Part shown: positions 31,622-41,383 of the stretch, piece by piece
Numbering within the stretch: position 1 is the first letter of the stretch
How the letters are laid out: each line of letters begins with the position of its first letter
Virus record (IMG/VR): IMGVR_UViG_3300034101_003424
Span: 28,767 to 92,766 of that record
Reading direction: 5' to 3' (one strand)
DNA from: a virus
Length of the DNA: 64,000 nucleotides
Program-made: the position numbers and the translations under genes
The notes under the pieces: generated by a model
Databases searched by the model: none
Seen by the model: the letters and a program-made list of their open reading frames with translations, nothing else
What the model was told of the DNA's origin: nothing

Positions 31622-32471
31622 AACTTTCGTCTAATTCCATTTTAGTAATAAATAATGTTTTCAAATTCTTCTGCAAAGATAAGGAGTTTTTATCATAAAT
31701 CCAACCTTTAGGAGAGAAATCTTTTTTTAATTTGCGTAAACTAGTGAATGAAGCTAAAATATCTCCTTTAATGTCTGTTACGATAAACACTTGTTCCTTT
31801 CTTTCTAGTAGCTCTAAAGATTTCTTAAAAGGATTACCCGGCATGTTTTTTACTTGCTCTAACATATCTGCAACTAAGTCTCTAGTTTCTTTCTGTACAT
31901 CATTTTTGATTCTTAATTTAACTAAGTGCATGAAAGCTAAAAAACTCATAGTCCAAATAAAAGTTGTTTCTAAGGATAATGGAAGTACTGATCTAGCCTG
32001 TTCTTTACTTGTTCCTAATTCAAGTAACTTTTGATAAGCTGTTTTAGCATTCTCTATTATTTCATCTTGAGTAATATTTGCTATTACATTATATAATTTA
32101 CTTAAATCTTCGCCACTACCTTGTTTTGAATCTTTTGACTGAGACCTAAATGTTTGAATAGCATAGTAAGAATCCGAGAAATCTACATACCTTCCGGATA
32201 TTGAATTTACAGACATATTCTCCATGGGTAAATTCACCTCAACGCCAATTTCGTGCTTTCTAAGCTGCCTTTCTACATATATTGGGCATGACAACCTAAA
32301 TTGTAATTGCGCATGTCTGAAGGGAGATACGTGCCCTTCTTCCCATAAGAATTCTAATAGATTTTCATTTTGACTATCCGGATAATTTGATGCCTCTTTG
32401 TCATAAGAAACTCTAGCGACATTTGCAATTTTAATATCGCTTCCCATAAAATCAATTAACTCTGCTTTCAT
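31608..32471 (-). CDS. thyX: FAD-dependent thymidylate synthase
   Basis: ANVARVSY, HVSPF, RQLRKH...SVNSISGRY, EQARSVLP, Q.E.R; start moved to MKAELIDFMG. Confidence 0.9.
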   Translation of the reverse strand: MKAELIDFMGSDIKIANVARVSYDKEASNYPDSQNENLLEFLWEEGHVSPFRHAQLQFRLSCPIYVERQLRKHEIGVEVNLPMENMSVNSISGRYVDFSDSYYAIQTFRSQSKDSKQGSGEDLSKLYNVIANITQDEIIENAKTAYQKLLELGTSKEQARSVLPLSLETTFIWTMSFLAFMHLVKLRIKNDVQKETRDLVADMLEQVKNMPGNPFKKSLELLERKEQVFIVTDIKGDILASFTSLRKLKKDFSPKGWIYDKNSLSLQKNLKTLFITKMELDESYEEI

Positions 32472-32538
32472 TGTTTGAAACTTTTTAGTAAACTTAATTT
32501 TGAACAATAAACCAGTCAAGTTTATTGTGCAAATATAA

Positions 32539-33192
32539 CTATATTATTTTATATTTTAGCATTAATTTAAATAATTCTTCACTTCCATCTCCATCCGAAG
32601 GATAATGAACTCCGGACAATTCTCTGACATCTTTTATCTTCTTATATAAATCTAAAAAATAATCTTTTGAAGATGGTTTTAGTTTCATTAATTGATAAAT
32701 CATTACTAGGAAATCCATAGTGTGTCCCGAAGGATAGGCAGCCGAATTTGCGTCCGTTCTAGTTACAGGATGTAATTTAGTTCTATATTCTCCAGCTAAT
32801 TCATTAGGTCTTGGTCTGTTAAAATAATCTTTAAGATAATATACTATTGGATAAGCCTCATCAGACCAGGAATTAACTCTTTTTCTATCCACACCTTTAA
32901 TCCCTAATTTTTCCGCTGTTTTAACAAAGAAATCTAAATGATGATGTTCCATATAAAAGCACATACTTTTTTCTTTGTCCGTAATATTATCCGAAATTTT
33001 TTTAAGATGCTCAAGTTCTTTTTTCGTAGTATCTGAAGAATTTTTTGGAGGAGGGAACTTTTTTATAAATTCATCTATCATACCTGAATCTTTTGCTTTT
33101 TCAAGAGTTCCGTATTTATCTTTTTCAATTTTTCTTACATACTCTTCTGGTTGATTTCCAAATTTAACAGAGTCTAACTTTTTATAATCCAT
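32539..33192 (-). CDS. PAP2-superfamily phosphatase
   Basis: K...RPRP, YPSGH, R..SGVHYPSD. Confidence 0.85.
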   Translation of the reverse strand: MDYKKLDSVKFGNQPEEYVRKIEKDKYGTLEKAKDSGMIDEFIKKFPPPKNSSDTTKKELEHLKKISDNITDKEKSMCFYMEHHHLDFFVKTAEKLGIKGVDRKRVNSWSDEAYPIVYYLKDYFNRPRPNELAGEYRTKLHPVTRTDANSAAYPSGHTMDFLVMIYQLMKLKPSSKDYFLDLYKKIKDVRELSGVHYPSDGDGSEELFKLMLKYKII

Positions 33193-33247
33193 AATATCTT
33201 TTAAATAAATATGAGACCTTTGCAAAAAGGCCTCATACTTGTTTATT

Positions 33248-33484
33248 TTATTCTTCTTTATCAGAATGCTCGGAGCTCTCTATTCTTATAGGATTATCTA
33301 AGATAATTCTTAACATGACATAGAATCCAAAAGATTGAAGAAAGGTTATATCTTTCAATTCAAAATATTCTGCAATTGAAAAATTCCAACATACCATAAC
33401 CATAAAAGATCCAATAGAAGTTGTTAATAAGAAAAAAAACAAAACCAATAAATTTACAAAAACTTTTTTCATACTTTGTGACAT
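33248..33484 (-). CDS. Small membrane protein
   Basis: Two hydrophobic segments. Confidence 0.55.
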   Translation of the reverse strand: MSQSMKKVFVNLLVLFFFLLTTSIGSFMVMVCWNFSIAEYFELKDITFLQSFGFYVMLRIILDNPIRIESSEHSDKEE

Positions 33485-33496
33485 AATTGTGATTGA

Positions 33497-34636
33497 TTAA
33501 TGTGAATCCCCGACATTATTTTTTTCGCTGTATATTAAGTAATCTGGGTTTATTACTTTAGCTACTTTTGATCTATTTCCATCGACAGCTTTTATAACAA
33601 TACCTTCGTGAGGAACTTTAGTGTTGTTTATAAAATTATTGAATACAAATTTATTTTTTACCTCTTCTGAATAAAGTCCTTTGTACAACACTTCAACGTA
33701 TGGCAATTTTAAATAATCATTAACTACAAATTCAGCTGAGGTTAAATTAAAATACTTTTTGTTTAATTCAACATCAAAAATACAAAGCTGTATATCATCT
33801 AATCCGTACTCATAATTTTTTTGAATACCTTTACCGTATATTTCTCCATAGATTATGAATCCACTACCTATAGAAGTATCGTTACCTTTAATACTTATGT
33901 TCTTTTTAACAAGATTCCAAAGCTTGTTTTTAATGTCATATTTTTTTTCAATATCATACCAAACATTAGTATCATAAAAACCCTGAGTGTCTGATCCTTT
34001 TTCTACGTTATGAGAACCTACTACAAATTCATACTCGCCCCAACCTAAATTAAAACCAAAGAACTTTTTAATTTTATCCCATAGAGATAATTTAGTTTTC
34101 TTAACAATTCCATACCTTGCATTTGTTCCATGTATTTTCCTTGTTATTTCTACGTAATCATATTCATCAAAAATATTAGGAACATTTTTAAAATTAGGAA
34201 ATTTGTAGTAAATATAAAAATTGGGATTTTCATGGTACCTTCTTTTTTTTCCACTAGCCAGGGTAATAAGTCTAGCTGGGGGTTCATACTTATATATTTT
34301 AAGTACGTCCATTAAATCCTCCCCATATTCCCTTTTATTCTTAGGAATTAAATCAATTGGCATTAATAGGCATTCGCTATAAACGCCTCTTAATTTAATT
34401 GTCCTAACTCTTTCTTTACTCCGGAGATAATTCGTTACCCCTAATTTTTCTGAAATTTCTAAAGGTATTACAGCATCTGTTGTAGCACAGACAACTAAAT
34501 CTCCAATTGAGTGAGAACCTTTCTTTACAATACAAAACCATCCATTTACAACAGCTAGTTCTATATTATCAGCATCCGGAATATCTAGAATATTATTTAT
34601 TGCGGACACAAAACAAACACTATTTTCATTTTTCAT
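33497..34636 (-). CDS. ATP-dependent RNA ligase (Rnl2/DRB0094-like)
   Basis: N-terminal IPDADNIE OB-like domain; KIHGTN, YGEIYG.GIQ, FDV, EGIVIK, K.I...Y. Confidence 0.85.
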   Translation of the reverse strand: MKNENSVCFVSAINNILDIPDADNIELAVVNGWFCIVKKGSHSIGDLVVCATTDAVIPLEISEKLGVTNYLRSKERVRTIKLRGVYSECLLMPIDLIPKNKREYGEDLMDVLKIYKYEPPARLITLASGKKRRYHENPNFYIYYKFPNFKNVPNIFDEYDYVEITRKIHGTNARYGIVKKTKLSLWDKIKKFFGFNLGWGEYEFVVGSHNVEKGSDTQGFYDTNVWYDIEKKYDIKNKLWNLVKKNISIKGNDTSIGSGFIIYGEIYGKGIQKNYEYGLDDIQLCIFDVELNKKYFNLTSAEFVVNDYLKLPYVEVLYKGLYSEEVKNKFVFNNFINNTKVPHEGIVIKAVDGNRSKVAKVINPDYLIYSEKNNVGDSH

Positions 34637-34665
34637 AAACTATTATTTAATGACACAAAGATAAC

Positions 34666-34968
34666 TTAATTTTTTGTAATTTCCAAATTAATTAGAGATT
34701 TTTTTAATTCTCTTTCTTTTTTTCTCTTGTTCCTAGCGTACTCTACATATATTTCTCTTTTTTCCGCATAGTATTCTTTTTGCTTCTCAATTAGTTTTTC
34801 TTTATTTTCTATATAATACAACTGCCTTCTTTTTTTCTCTCTTTGTCTAGCGTATTCGGACATAGAATGGTAATCGGCTAACCTTTTTTTTCTATGTTCC
34901 TCCTTCTTTTCTTCCGATAAGTTAGCAAATCTATTTTTAAGATATTCTTTTTTGTCTTTTGTAACCAT
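34666..34968 (-). CDS. Basic K/R/E-rich hypothetical protein
   Basis: 100-aa charged helical ORF. Confidence 0.55.
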   Translation of the reverse strand: MVTKDKKEYLKNRFANLSEEKKEEHRKKRLADYHSMSEYARQREKKRRQLYYIENKEKLIEKQKEYYAEKREIYVEYARNKRKKERELKKSLINLEITKN

Positions 34969-34969
34969 A

Positions 34970-35527
34970 TTAATAAGCCTCTAAGTGAGGATCAATTAAG
35001 TTTTCTAATTTTGTTAATTCGTCAGCAACTTCTTTATTAAAGGAGCCATAAACTCTTATTGTACCGTATTTTACTTTTATGTCTCTTATAAACAATCCAC
35101 CTGTGATATGCGTAAAAGCAGATGCTAAGTGTAAATCTCTACATCTAACTATTGAGTTATCGTTAGCAAATAAATGTAGAAGATTCAGTACAAATGTAGG
35201 GCACCACCAAGGTTTAGCTTTCTTCGCAACAAATACAATAAAATCTTCTAGGTAATCATATAAATCAGTATCCTCATTAAAGATATTCCAGGAAATACCG
35301 AGGTAGTGATATTTATCTTCTCGCTTATTTGAAAAACATCTTAGAACATCTTTGAAAGAGACGGGAGGAAATTTATACCGTTGGCCCTTGCTTGACATTG
35401 GACCATACTTCTTTTCTAAACTGTACAATCCTATTCTATAAGATATGTATGATTTGATATAGTAATACAGTATTATCGCGGGGATATAACCAATTACAAC
35501 AATGAATAAAATAATTAAAATGTACAT
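34970..35527 (-). CDS. Hypothetical protein with N-terminal TM helix
   Basis: 185-aa ORF; IKVKYGTIRVY motif. Confidence 0.6.
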   Translation of the reverse strand: MYILIILFIVVIGYIPAIILYYYIKSYISYRIGLYSLEKKYGPMSSKGQRYKFPPVSFKDVLRCFSNKREDKYHYLGISWNIFNEDTDLYDYLEDFIVFVAKKAKPWWCPTFVLNLLHLFANDNSIVRCRDLHLASAFTHITGGLFIRDIKVKYGTIRVYGSFNKEVADELTKLENLIDPHLEAY

Positions 35528-35542
35528 AATAATAAATTTAAG

Positions 35543-35785
35543 TTAATCAAGATCATTGCACCAGATAGGAGTCTGTTCTCCTACATAAGCACCACTAACA
35601 TTATAATAAAAATGTTCTAAAGCATCTTCATCTGACATGTCTTCCATGAGAATATCAAGACACTTAGACATGGAATAGATGAGTCTCAAAGAATTTTCAT
35701 CAAATCCAATTATAGCATCATCAAATCCATCAGCTTTCAAAAATGTCTCATCCGGGTAATTTTCTAATATAGATTCTAATTTCAT
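35543..35785 (-). CDS. Conserved phage hypothetical protein
   Basis: ADGFDDAIIG...YN..GAYVGEQTPI. Confidence 0.7.
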   Translation of the reverse strand: MKLESILENYPDETFLKADGFDDAIIGFDENSLRLIYSMSKCLDILMEDMSDEDALEHFYYNVSGAYVGEQTPIWCNDLD

Positions 35786-35786
35786 G

Positions 35787-36104
35787 TTATTTATTTTGCG
35801 GGGTTAATTTATCTAACAATTCTAATAAAACATCTCCATGACATGCCTGTGGCTTACACCAACATCCTAAAATCTTACCACCTTTTAATTCATGTAAATC
35901 ATTCAGTAAATGTTTTCCATCTCCATTTGTAATCCATTCTCTGTAAGCATTAACAGCAGCTTCTCTATCTTCCACTACGTGTTTAGCAAGTGTTGTACCA
36001 TCTGGCCAATGAGTAAAAGGATTTCCCCATTTACTAGGCCTTCCAATATATACATTATACTTCTCCTTCTTACAATGGACTACTCTTGATTTCACTATCA
36101 TCAT
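35787..36104 (-). CDS. DUF4326-like protein
   Basis: YIGRPSKWGNPF...LGCWCKPQACHGDVL. Confidence 0.8.
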   Translation of the reverse strand: MMIVKSRVVHCKKEKYNVYIGRPSKWGNPFTHWPDGTTLAKHVVEDREAAVNAYREWITNGDGKHLLNDLHELKGGKILGCWCKPQACHGDVLLELLDKLTPQNK

Positions 36105-36459
36105 TATTATTTTCAAGTCTACAATGCTCATTTACATAATCGTACAATGTATCAATATTAAAACATATAGGAGCCTTGTCAGAATCCCATGCAGCAGGTT
36201 CTCTATCCGGATACATGAAATCTCCATCTTCCTTAGCATCATAGGTTCTAACAAATTCAAAAAGATACCATGTTATCCAATCTAATCCTTCATCTTTATA
36301 ATGGGACAGTATGCTTTGACTGAATATTGAATTAATCAAATCATCTAAAGGAAAACGCTTGTTCTCCAAAAAATTAAATCCAATATCATGTAAATTGTAC
36401 ATGTGAGTACAAACATCATAATAAGACTTCAAGAGCATTTTAAAACTTTCTTTTTTCAT
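36070..36459 (-). CDS. Hypothetical protein
   Basis: 129-aa ORF, DWITWYLFE. Confidence 0.6.
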   Translation of the reverse strand: MKKESFKMLLKSYYDVCTHMYNLHDIGFNFLENKRFPLDDLINSIFSQSILSHYKDEGLDWITWYLFEFVRTYDAKEDGDFMYPDREPAAWDSDKAPICFNIDTLYDYVNEHCRLENNNDDSEIKSSPL

Positions 36460-36517
36460 ATTTCATTTTTATAACCTAAAGATAAGACAATTTTAGGAAG
36501 CAACTAGATTTTATTTG

Positions 36518-37249
36518 TTAATCATCTGTTAATTGTCCTACGCTGACTTCACCATCTTCAATAATTAGATATTCCCGGCTCATTCCTAGGGTATCAATAT
36601 AGTAGTACCGGCCTCCTGTAGTTTGTCCCTTAATATCAATTTTCTTTTGCTGCGTGTGTCCTACAACCTGGATGTACTCTTTCCGAAAGGTATCATAGTT
36701 GGATTCCTGCAATGACTTAGGCCGGATCCATATAGGGGAGGATTCAACGCTATCTCCATAAGGATCCCACCCGGCAAATTTAAAAGCGCGGGGAGAACCA
36801 ATAAATAAATCATTAACAATAACATCAATATCATCCTTCATATTTACCTTCATCTTATTACCCCAGTACTCTAACCATTTAGAACTAACTCCCGCATGAC
36901 TAAATAAATAATTATCCATCTTATAACACATAGATAACTCATTTATATGTTCCATCAATAACGACTGAATAGTATGATGATGTCCTCTCTGATGTCCTGA
37001 ATACGTCTCATTAGCAAAAGGCATGTAATGAAAGTCATGATTACCAATTAACATAATAACATCTGCTTTTGAATTGTTCTTAAAATCAATCAAACGTTTA
37101 AAATTATGTAATTGAACTATAATTCTTATACTTTCATGTGTATCAAAGTAATCTCCTACAAATATGAATCTATCTGCATCATTTTCTTTTTCAACAATTT
37201 GTTCCCATGATATCCTACCATGAATGTCTCCAATAATTACACTTTTCAT
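36518..37249 (-). CDS. Calcineurin-like metallophosphoesterase
   Basis: GDIHG, GDYFD, GNHD, SHAG, GHT. Confidence 0.9.
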   Translation of the reverse strand: MKSVIIGDIHGRISWEQIVEKENDADRFIFVGDYFDTHESIRIIVQLHNFKRLIDFKNNSKADVIMLIGNHDFHYMPFANETYSGHQRGHHHTIQSLLMEHINELSMCYKMDNYLFSHAGVSSKWLEYWGNKMKVNMKDDIDVIVNDLFIGSPRAFKFAGWDPYGDSVESSPIWIRPKSLQESNYDTFRKEYIQVVGHTQQKKIDIKGQTTGGRYYYIDTLGMSREYLIIEDGEVSVGQLTDD

Positions 37250-37250
37250 A

Positions 37251-37424
37251 TTATCTTTTTAAAACAAACCAATCATCGGTAAAAAATTTAACGATAGGCT
37301 TTGCTAGGTTACTAAAACATTTTTCATACATTTCATGTCTTGATTGCTTGATATCCATTTTAATCTCATACAATCTACTAGGATCCTCTACATCTTTAAA
37401 AGAACCTCTCATCTTTTCAAACAT
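37251..37424 (-). CDS. Small hypothetical protein (57 aa)
   Basis: Read manually: MFEKMRGSFKDVED...DWFVLKR*, abutting the next gene. Confidence 0.45.
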   Translation of the reverse strand: MFEKMRGSFKDVEDPSRLYEIKMDIKQSRHEMYEKCFSNLAKPIVKFFTDDWFVLKR

Positions 37425-37580
37425 TTTTTACATTTATAAGTTAAAATTTGCTCTTTATTCTCCTACCCCTTTATATCAGAGCATGCCTGCTTATCTTACC
37501 TTCGACATACATACGATTAGGCTAATACGAGTTTCTCAAGGGTACAGGCTATCGAAAATATATATCCACTTTTTATTTTT

Positions 37581-37796
37581 TTAGTATATCTTCTTTCCAC
37601 ATACTAAAGGAGTACCATCTGAGTTTAGAATCGGGATTGTACCATGTCTCATTTGCTTATAGATAAAACCATTTTCGCAAATTATACTGTAGTCCCAATG
37701 CATGCCAACATCATAAGGTTCTTTCTGGGATTCGCAATACATCCCTAAGAACATGAGTCCAAATATCAATAGTACAAAAAATAATAGGCTCTTCAT
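37581..37796 (-). CDS. Small secreted/membrane protein
   Basis: Hydrophobic N-terminus, C.NGF.Y...N.DG.PL.C. Confidence 0.55.
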   Translation of the reverse strand: MKSLLFFVLLIFGLMFLGMYCESQKEPYDVGMHWDYSIICENGFIYKQMRHGTIPILNSDGTPLVCGKKIY

Positions 37797-37806
37797 AATT
37801 TTGTTT

Positions 37807-38208
37807 TTATAATGCTAATTCAAATCTTTCTAACATCTTTTCTATGGTTTCCTGCGGACAATCATGAACATTTTTACTACCATGTCTATTTTCCACAACA
37901 ATAGAGAATACTTGATAGCCATGAGTTTTAGCTAAGTCAAAATAAGGTTTCATTTCCCATTCTTGCGTAAATGTATTAGATACCACAATCCTGTCTACAT
38001 TAACTTGCTCTCCATCTGAACTCATCCAAGCTGACGTTTGAGACTGGCAATAATTGTGTGCTAATTTGAGTTTAGAACTATCAAATTTATATTCACCATC
38101 TTGCATAAAATACTGATCCGCTTCAATGTGAACACCGCCCAATAATTTTGCTAGAGTGGACTTACCGGACCCTGGAAGGCCTCTTAGTAATAAAAGTGTT
38201 TTACTCAT
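37807..38208 (-). CDS. P-loop kinase (AAA_33 / polynucleotide-kinase-like)
   Basis: LRGLPGSGKST, EADQYF, VSNTF, N.H.CP. Confidence 0.85.
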   Translation of the reverse strand: MSKTLLLLRGLPGSGKSTLAKLLGGVHIEADQYFMQDGEYKFDSSKLKLAHNYCQSQTSAWMSSDGEQVNVDRIVVSNTFTQEWEMKPYFDLAKTHGYQVFSIVVENRHGSKNVHDCPQETIEKMLERFELAL

Positions 38209-38209
38209 G

Positions 38210-38416
38210 TTAATTGTATTTAAAAGGGTTTTTCAAATCAACTTCCCTCCAAAACCCTACTACACCAAAACAAACAATCCCACTAATAAAAACAATAACA
38301 AGAAGTAAATAAGATAAAGGATTATATGGGTTTAATCTATGTCTTTCGTATCCATACTCACCTACTACTTTCTCCGTTACCCATAAAGATAATAATAATT
38401 TTCTGAGGTTTTTCAT
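38210..38416 (-). CDS. Small membrane protein
   Basis: Start moved to MKNLRK downstream of the tRNA-like element; one TM helix. Confidence 0.55.
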   Translation of the reverse strand: MKNLRKLLLSLWVTEKVVGEYGYERHRLNPYNPLSYLLLVIVFISGIVCFGVVGFWREVDLKNPFKYN

Positions 38417-38470
38417 TTTTAAATTTTTTAGTAAATAACATCTTCTTGACATCAAGAAGCTAATAAAAGT

Positions 38471-38562
38471 AGTCAGGACAGGATTCGAACCTGTATGAGA
38501 GATAACCATTCCTTTATTCCCTCTATCTGTTAATTAGCGTCTACCAATTCCGCCACCTGACT
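38471..38562 (-). ncRNA. tRNA-like element 1 (Leu-type D/T scaffold, no canonical anticodon arm)
   Basis: AGTCAGG/CCTGACT acceptor, TGGCGGAATTGGTAGACGC, ACAGGTTCGAATCCTGT. Confidence 0.7.
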
Positions 38563-38626
38563 GTCTTTAGATTTTTAAAACCCACCTTTTACAAGGCAAG
38601 GAAACTCCATCTTATGTTTTTTGCGT

Positions 38627-38721
38627 GGCTAGGAAAGGATTCGAACCAATACGAATGAAGCGTAACCTATTTATCATTCTACCTTTATAACGATAGCGTC
38701 TACCAATTTCGCCACCTAGCT
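38627..38721 (-). ncRNA. tRNA-like element 2
   Basis: AGCTAGG/CCTAGCC, TGGCGAAATTGGTAGACGC, GGTTCGAATCC; aberrant middle. Confidence 0.65.
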
Positions 38722-38728
38722 ATGTTTT

Positions 38729-39115
38729 TTAAGATATTAATTTATGTATCGTTAATGTGTCTCTGCTTTCTTCTTTGCTAATTCCTATTAAATAGCTCTT
38801 AACATTGTTAACAATTGGTTTGTTATAAAATGTTTCAATGTAACGTAATGTTACTTTCTTTTTTTCGGATTGTTTTTGCGTTAAATCGATTTTAGCATTT
38901 TTGACATCACTAATTGCTAATAGTATTTGATTTTTATAACCTGAATTACCATCAATTAAATTTATAACTCGATTTGTTATAATACCATCAACAACTATTC
39001 TGATTTGATGTGATTTTTTACCTTTATGATATGTGATTTTATAATCGTCATAACCAATATGGTTGAAGCCGGTTTCAGTAGCTTCATATTTTGCAATTTT
39101 AAAAATATTTTCCAT
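38729..39115 (-). CDS. Hypothetical protein
   Basis: Start moved to MENIFK downstream of a TATATTTG promoter near 39146. Confidence 0.6.
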   Translation of the reverse strand: MENIFKIAKYEATETGFNHIGYDDYKITYHKGKKSHQIRIVVDGIITNRVINLIDGNSGYKNQILLAISDVKNAKIDLTQKQSEKKKVTLRYIETFYNKPIVNNVKSYLIGISKEESRDTLTIHKLIS

Positions 39116-39194
39116 ACTTTTGTTGTTTTTGTTGTTAACTATATTACAAATATAGAACAAAGTTTTTAGAATTCCAAATACATTTTTTGTTAGT

Positions 39195-39353
39195 AGCAAG
39201 GACAGGATTCGAACCTGTAAATCTTTTCTCGGATTGAAATCATCGCAATGAATTAATGCGTCTACCAAGTTTAAACATTGACCCCGTAGTGGATTCTAAC
39301 CACATTATTTTCACTACTGGAACGGGGTTGTTTAAACATTCCGCCACCTTGCT
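39195..39353 (-). ncRNA. tRNA-like element 3 with 69-nt D-loop insertion
   Basis: AGCAAGG/CCTTGCT, GGCGGAAT[insert]TGGTAGACGC, ACAGGTTCGAATCCTGT. Confidence 0.65.
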
Positions 39354-39502
39354 AAAATGAGTGTTTTTGTAATATCCCTAGAACACACAAACTATGCTGA
39401 CCTACGATTCAGAGAGCGTCCACGCCAATATTCGACTTGTAATCGAACACTTGTAATCTCTATCTTCGATCCATACCCAGGCCTAGGCAGAGGGCTTTTT
39501 GT

Positions 39503-39656
39503 AGTCAGGACAGGATTCGAACCTGCAATACTGCCGCACTTCTGCGCTGATACCTTTTTTATTTAACGTAAGGGTTGGCAAACCTCATTACAGTTTTTTA
39601 GTGTCTCCCATCAGGAATCGGCTTGATCAGTGCCGCCCTTGTTCCACCACCTGACT
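39503..39656 (-). ncRNA. tRNA-like element 4 (expanded)
   Basis: AGTCAGG/CCTGACT, GGTGGAA[insert]GGGAGACAC, GCAGGTTCGAATCCTGT; TATATTTG promoter immediately upstream. Confidence 0.6.
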
Positions 39657-39713
39657 AATTACAATGCAAATATAAGTATCTTTCTTAAAAAACCAACACT
39701 TATTTTGTTAATA

Positions 39714-40328
39714 CTATGTTAATTTATTTCTTAGCACTTGAATAACATCCCACGCATCCAATAAAGCATTATGAGAAACATTTCCATCAATATTAGCTCT
39801 CTTCTTACATACATCCAAAGAAGGCAGAGTATCATCATTATTCACATCAAAATATAAAATTGCGGGGTCTAATATCCTTTTACGAATATCAATAAATCCT
39901 AACCATCCAGGAACATTATTTAAGAATAACATGTCAAATGCAGCAAAATTCTTTCCAGCTACATTTATCTTATATCTCTGAAATCTAGAATCAGCTTTAA
40001 TTCCATTAGAATCTAGAAAAGATATAAAAGATGAAGTTAATGTAAAAGTTTCAACAAAGATAGGATTATAATTACCTACTTCATTATTTAACGCATCATT
40101 TCTGTCATTTTCTATATAATCTGAAATATCCTTAATAACATCCATATTCATCAATAATGCTTTAGGAGATCCTTTAATGTTTCTATGAATAACAGTAGCA
40201 TAGAACTTAGGACAATCTTCAAATGATAAAGATTTACTTGTATCTTCAATGATTGCTCCAAATGATAGGATTTGATTTTTCTTAGGATTCAAACCACTTG
40301 TTTCAATATCAATACTAACATACAACAT
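39714..40328 (-). CDS. DEDDh 3'-5' exonuclease
   Basis: IDIETSGL, N...FD, HNALLDA. Confidence 0.85.
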   Translation of the reverse strand: MLYVSIDIETSGLNPKKNQILSFGAIIEDTSKSLSFEDCPKFYATVIHRNIKGSPKALLMNMDVIKDISDYIENDRNDALNNEVGNYNPIFVETFTLTSSFISFLDSNGIKADSRFQRYKINVAGKNFAAFDMLFLNNVPGWLGFIDIRKRILDPAILYFDVNNDDTLPSLDVCKKRANIDGNVSHNALLDAWDVIQVLRNKLT

Positions 40329-40338
40329 GATATAAGAT

Positions 40339-40599
40339 TTAAAGTGTACAAATGTGAGGGGCAATACTCGTGGGGGCTAACAATACATTATTATATTTAC
40401 ATGCTTGCCCAAATCCATTACCTCTAAAATCAATAAAAACATATCTCTCATTAAATGAAGTGATGGTACCATATTCATAAGGAACATTAATATTATTCCA
40501 TACTTCTTTATACATGACTTTTCTTCCAACGAGACTATCATCCATAGAATCCGGAAATACTCTTTTAGGCGTTAGCCCCTGATAATCAAAACTGTTCAT
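40339..40599 (-). CDS. Hypothetical protein
   Basis: 86-aa ORF coupled to upstream gene. Confidence 0.55.
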   Translation of the reverse strand: MNSFDYQGLTPKRVFPDSMDDSLVGRKVMYKEVWNNINVPYEYGTITSFNERYVFIDFRGNGFGQACKYNNVLLAPTSIAPHICTL

Positions 40600-40790
40600 A
40601 ATCTTTCTTTTGCTTTTCTTATAAGTACTAGTAATAAAACTGCGAATACTAAGATTACTGCACTAAGCCACATGGGAGATAGTACCCACCACCAAGACCA
40701 ATCTATAAAATTAGTAAGTTTTAGGGCAATGAAAAGGATAGTTAGTAACCCCATAAAACTAACACCCGAACTAGATGATTCTTTAGACAT
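40596..40790 (-). CDS. Small membrane protein
   Basis: LFIALKLT..IDWSWWWVLSP.W motif common in phages. Confidence 0.7.
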   Translation of the reverse strand: MSKESSSSGVSFMGLLTILFIALKLTNFIDWSWWWVLSPMWLSAVILVFAVLLLVLIRKAKERL

Positions 40791-40936
40791 GATTGATATT
40801 TTAAGAGTGAAATAATTATGCGCAAATATACGAATAAAAATGATAAAAACAAATTACTCTACAACTTTTTTAAATAATTCCACCTTTATCAATCGTAGAG
40901 AAGAATATTAAATCATTGTCCGGAGATAGTATACAT

Positions 40937-41083
40937 TTACCATCTAATATAGATTGTTACAAGACCTAGAGCAATCGCAAATACCATTTTTTTATTGGGA
41001 TGGTATTCTGTTTGCTGACAACTAATTCCCAAATCAAACCACCAACTCCCTCCTATATTATTCCAAACAATTTCTACTTTCAT
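40937..41083 (-). CDS. Small hypothetical protein (48 aa)
   Basis: Read manually: MKVEIVWNNIGGSWWFDLG...TIYIRW*. Confidence 0.4.
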   Translation of the reverse strand: MKVEIVWNNIGGSWWFDLGISCQQTEYHPNKKMVFAIALGLVTIYIRW

Positions 41084-41084
41084 T

Positions 41085-41357
41085 TTATTTAATATTTTCA
41101 AATGGATAAGCACTTAAAATAGTTTCTATATCAATACCACCATTAGTACCTTCTTGTAATGATTCATAATATTCTTTATCCATGTCTACATTTTCAGAGG
41201 CTTCTTTCAAAGCTGCTTCAACATGAAGTTTAGCAAATTCCTTAGCAAATTCACAGATAACTCCTTTATAGAAATAAAATATATCATCATCATCAATAAA
41301 ATCTCTTAATCCATCAATATTATTAGTCAATAAGTCTTCTGCTGTTGGTATATTCAT
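41085..41357 (-). CDS. Hypothetical protein
   Basis: Start moved to MNIPTAED; EFAKLHVEAALKEASE...ILSAYPFENIK. Confidence 0.65.
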   Translation of the reverse strand: MNIPTAEDLLTNNIDGLRDFIDDDDIFYFYKGVICEFAKEFAKLHVEAALKEASENVDMDKEYYESLQEGTNGGIDIETILSAYPFENIK

Positions 41358-41383
41358 TTTATTTATTTTAATGGTGAAAAAAT

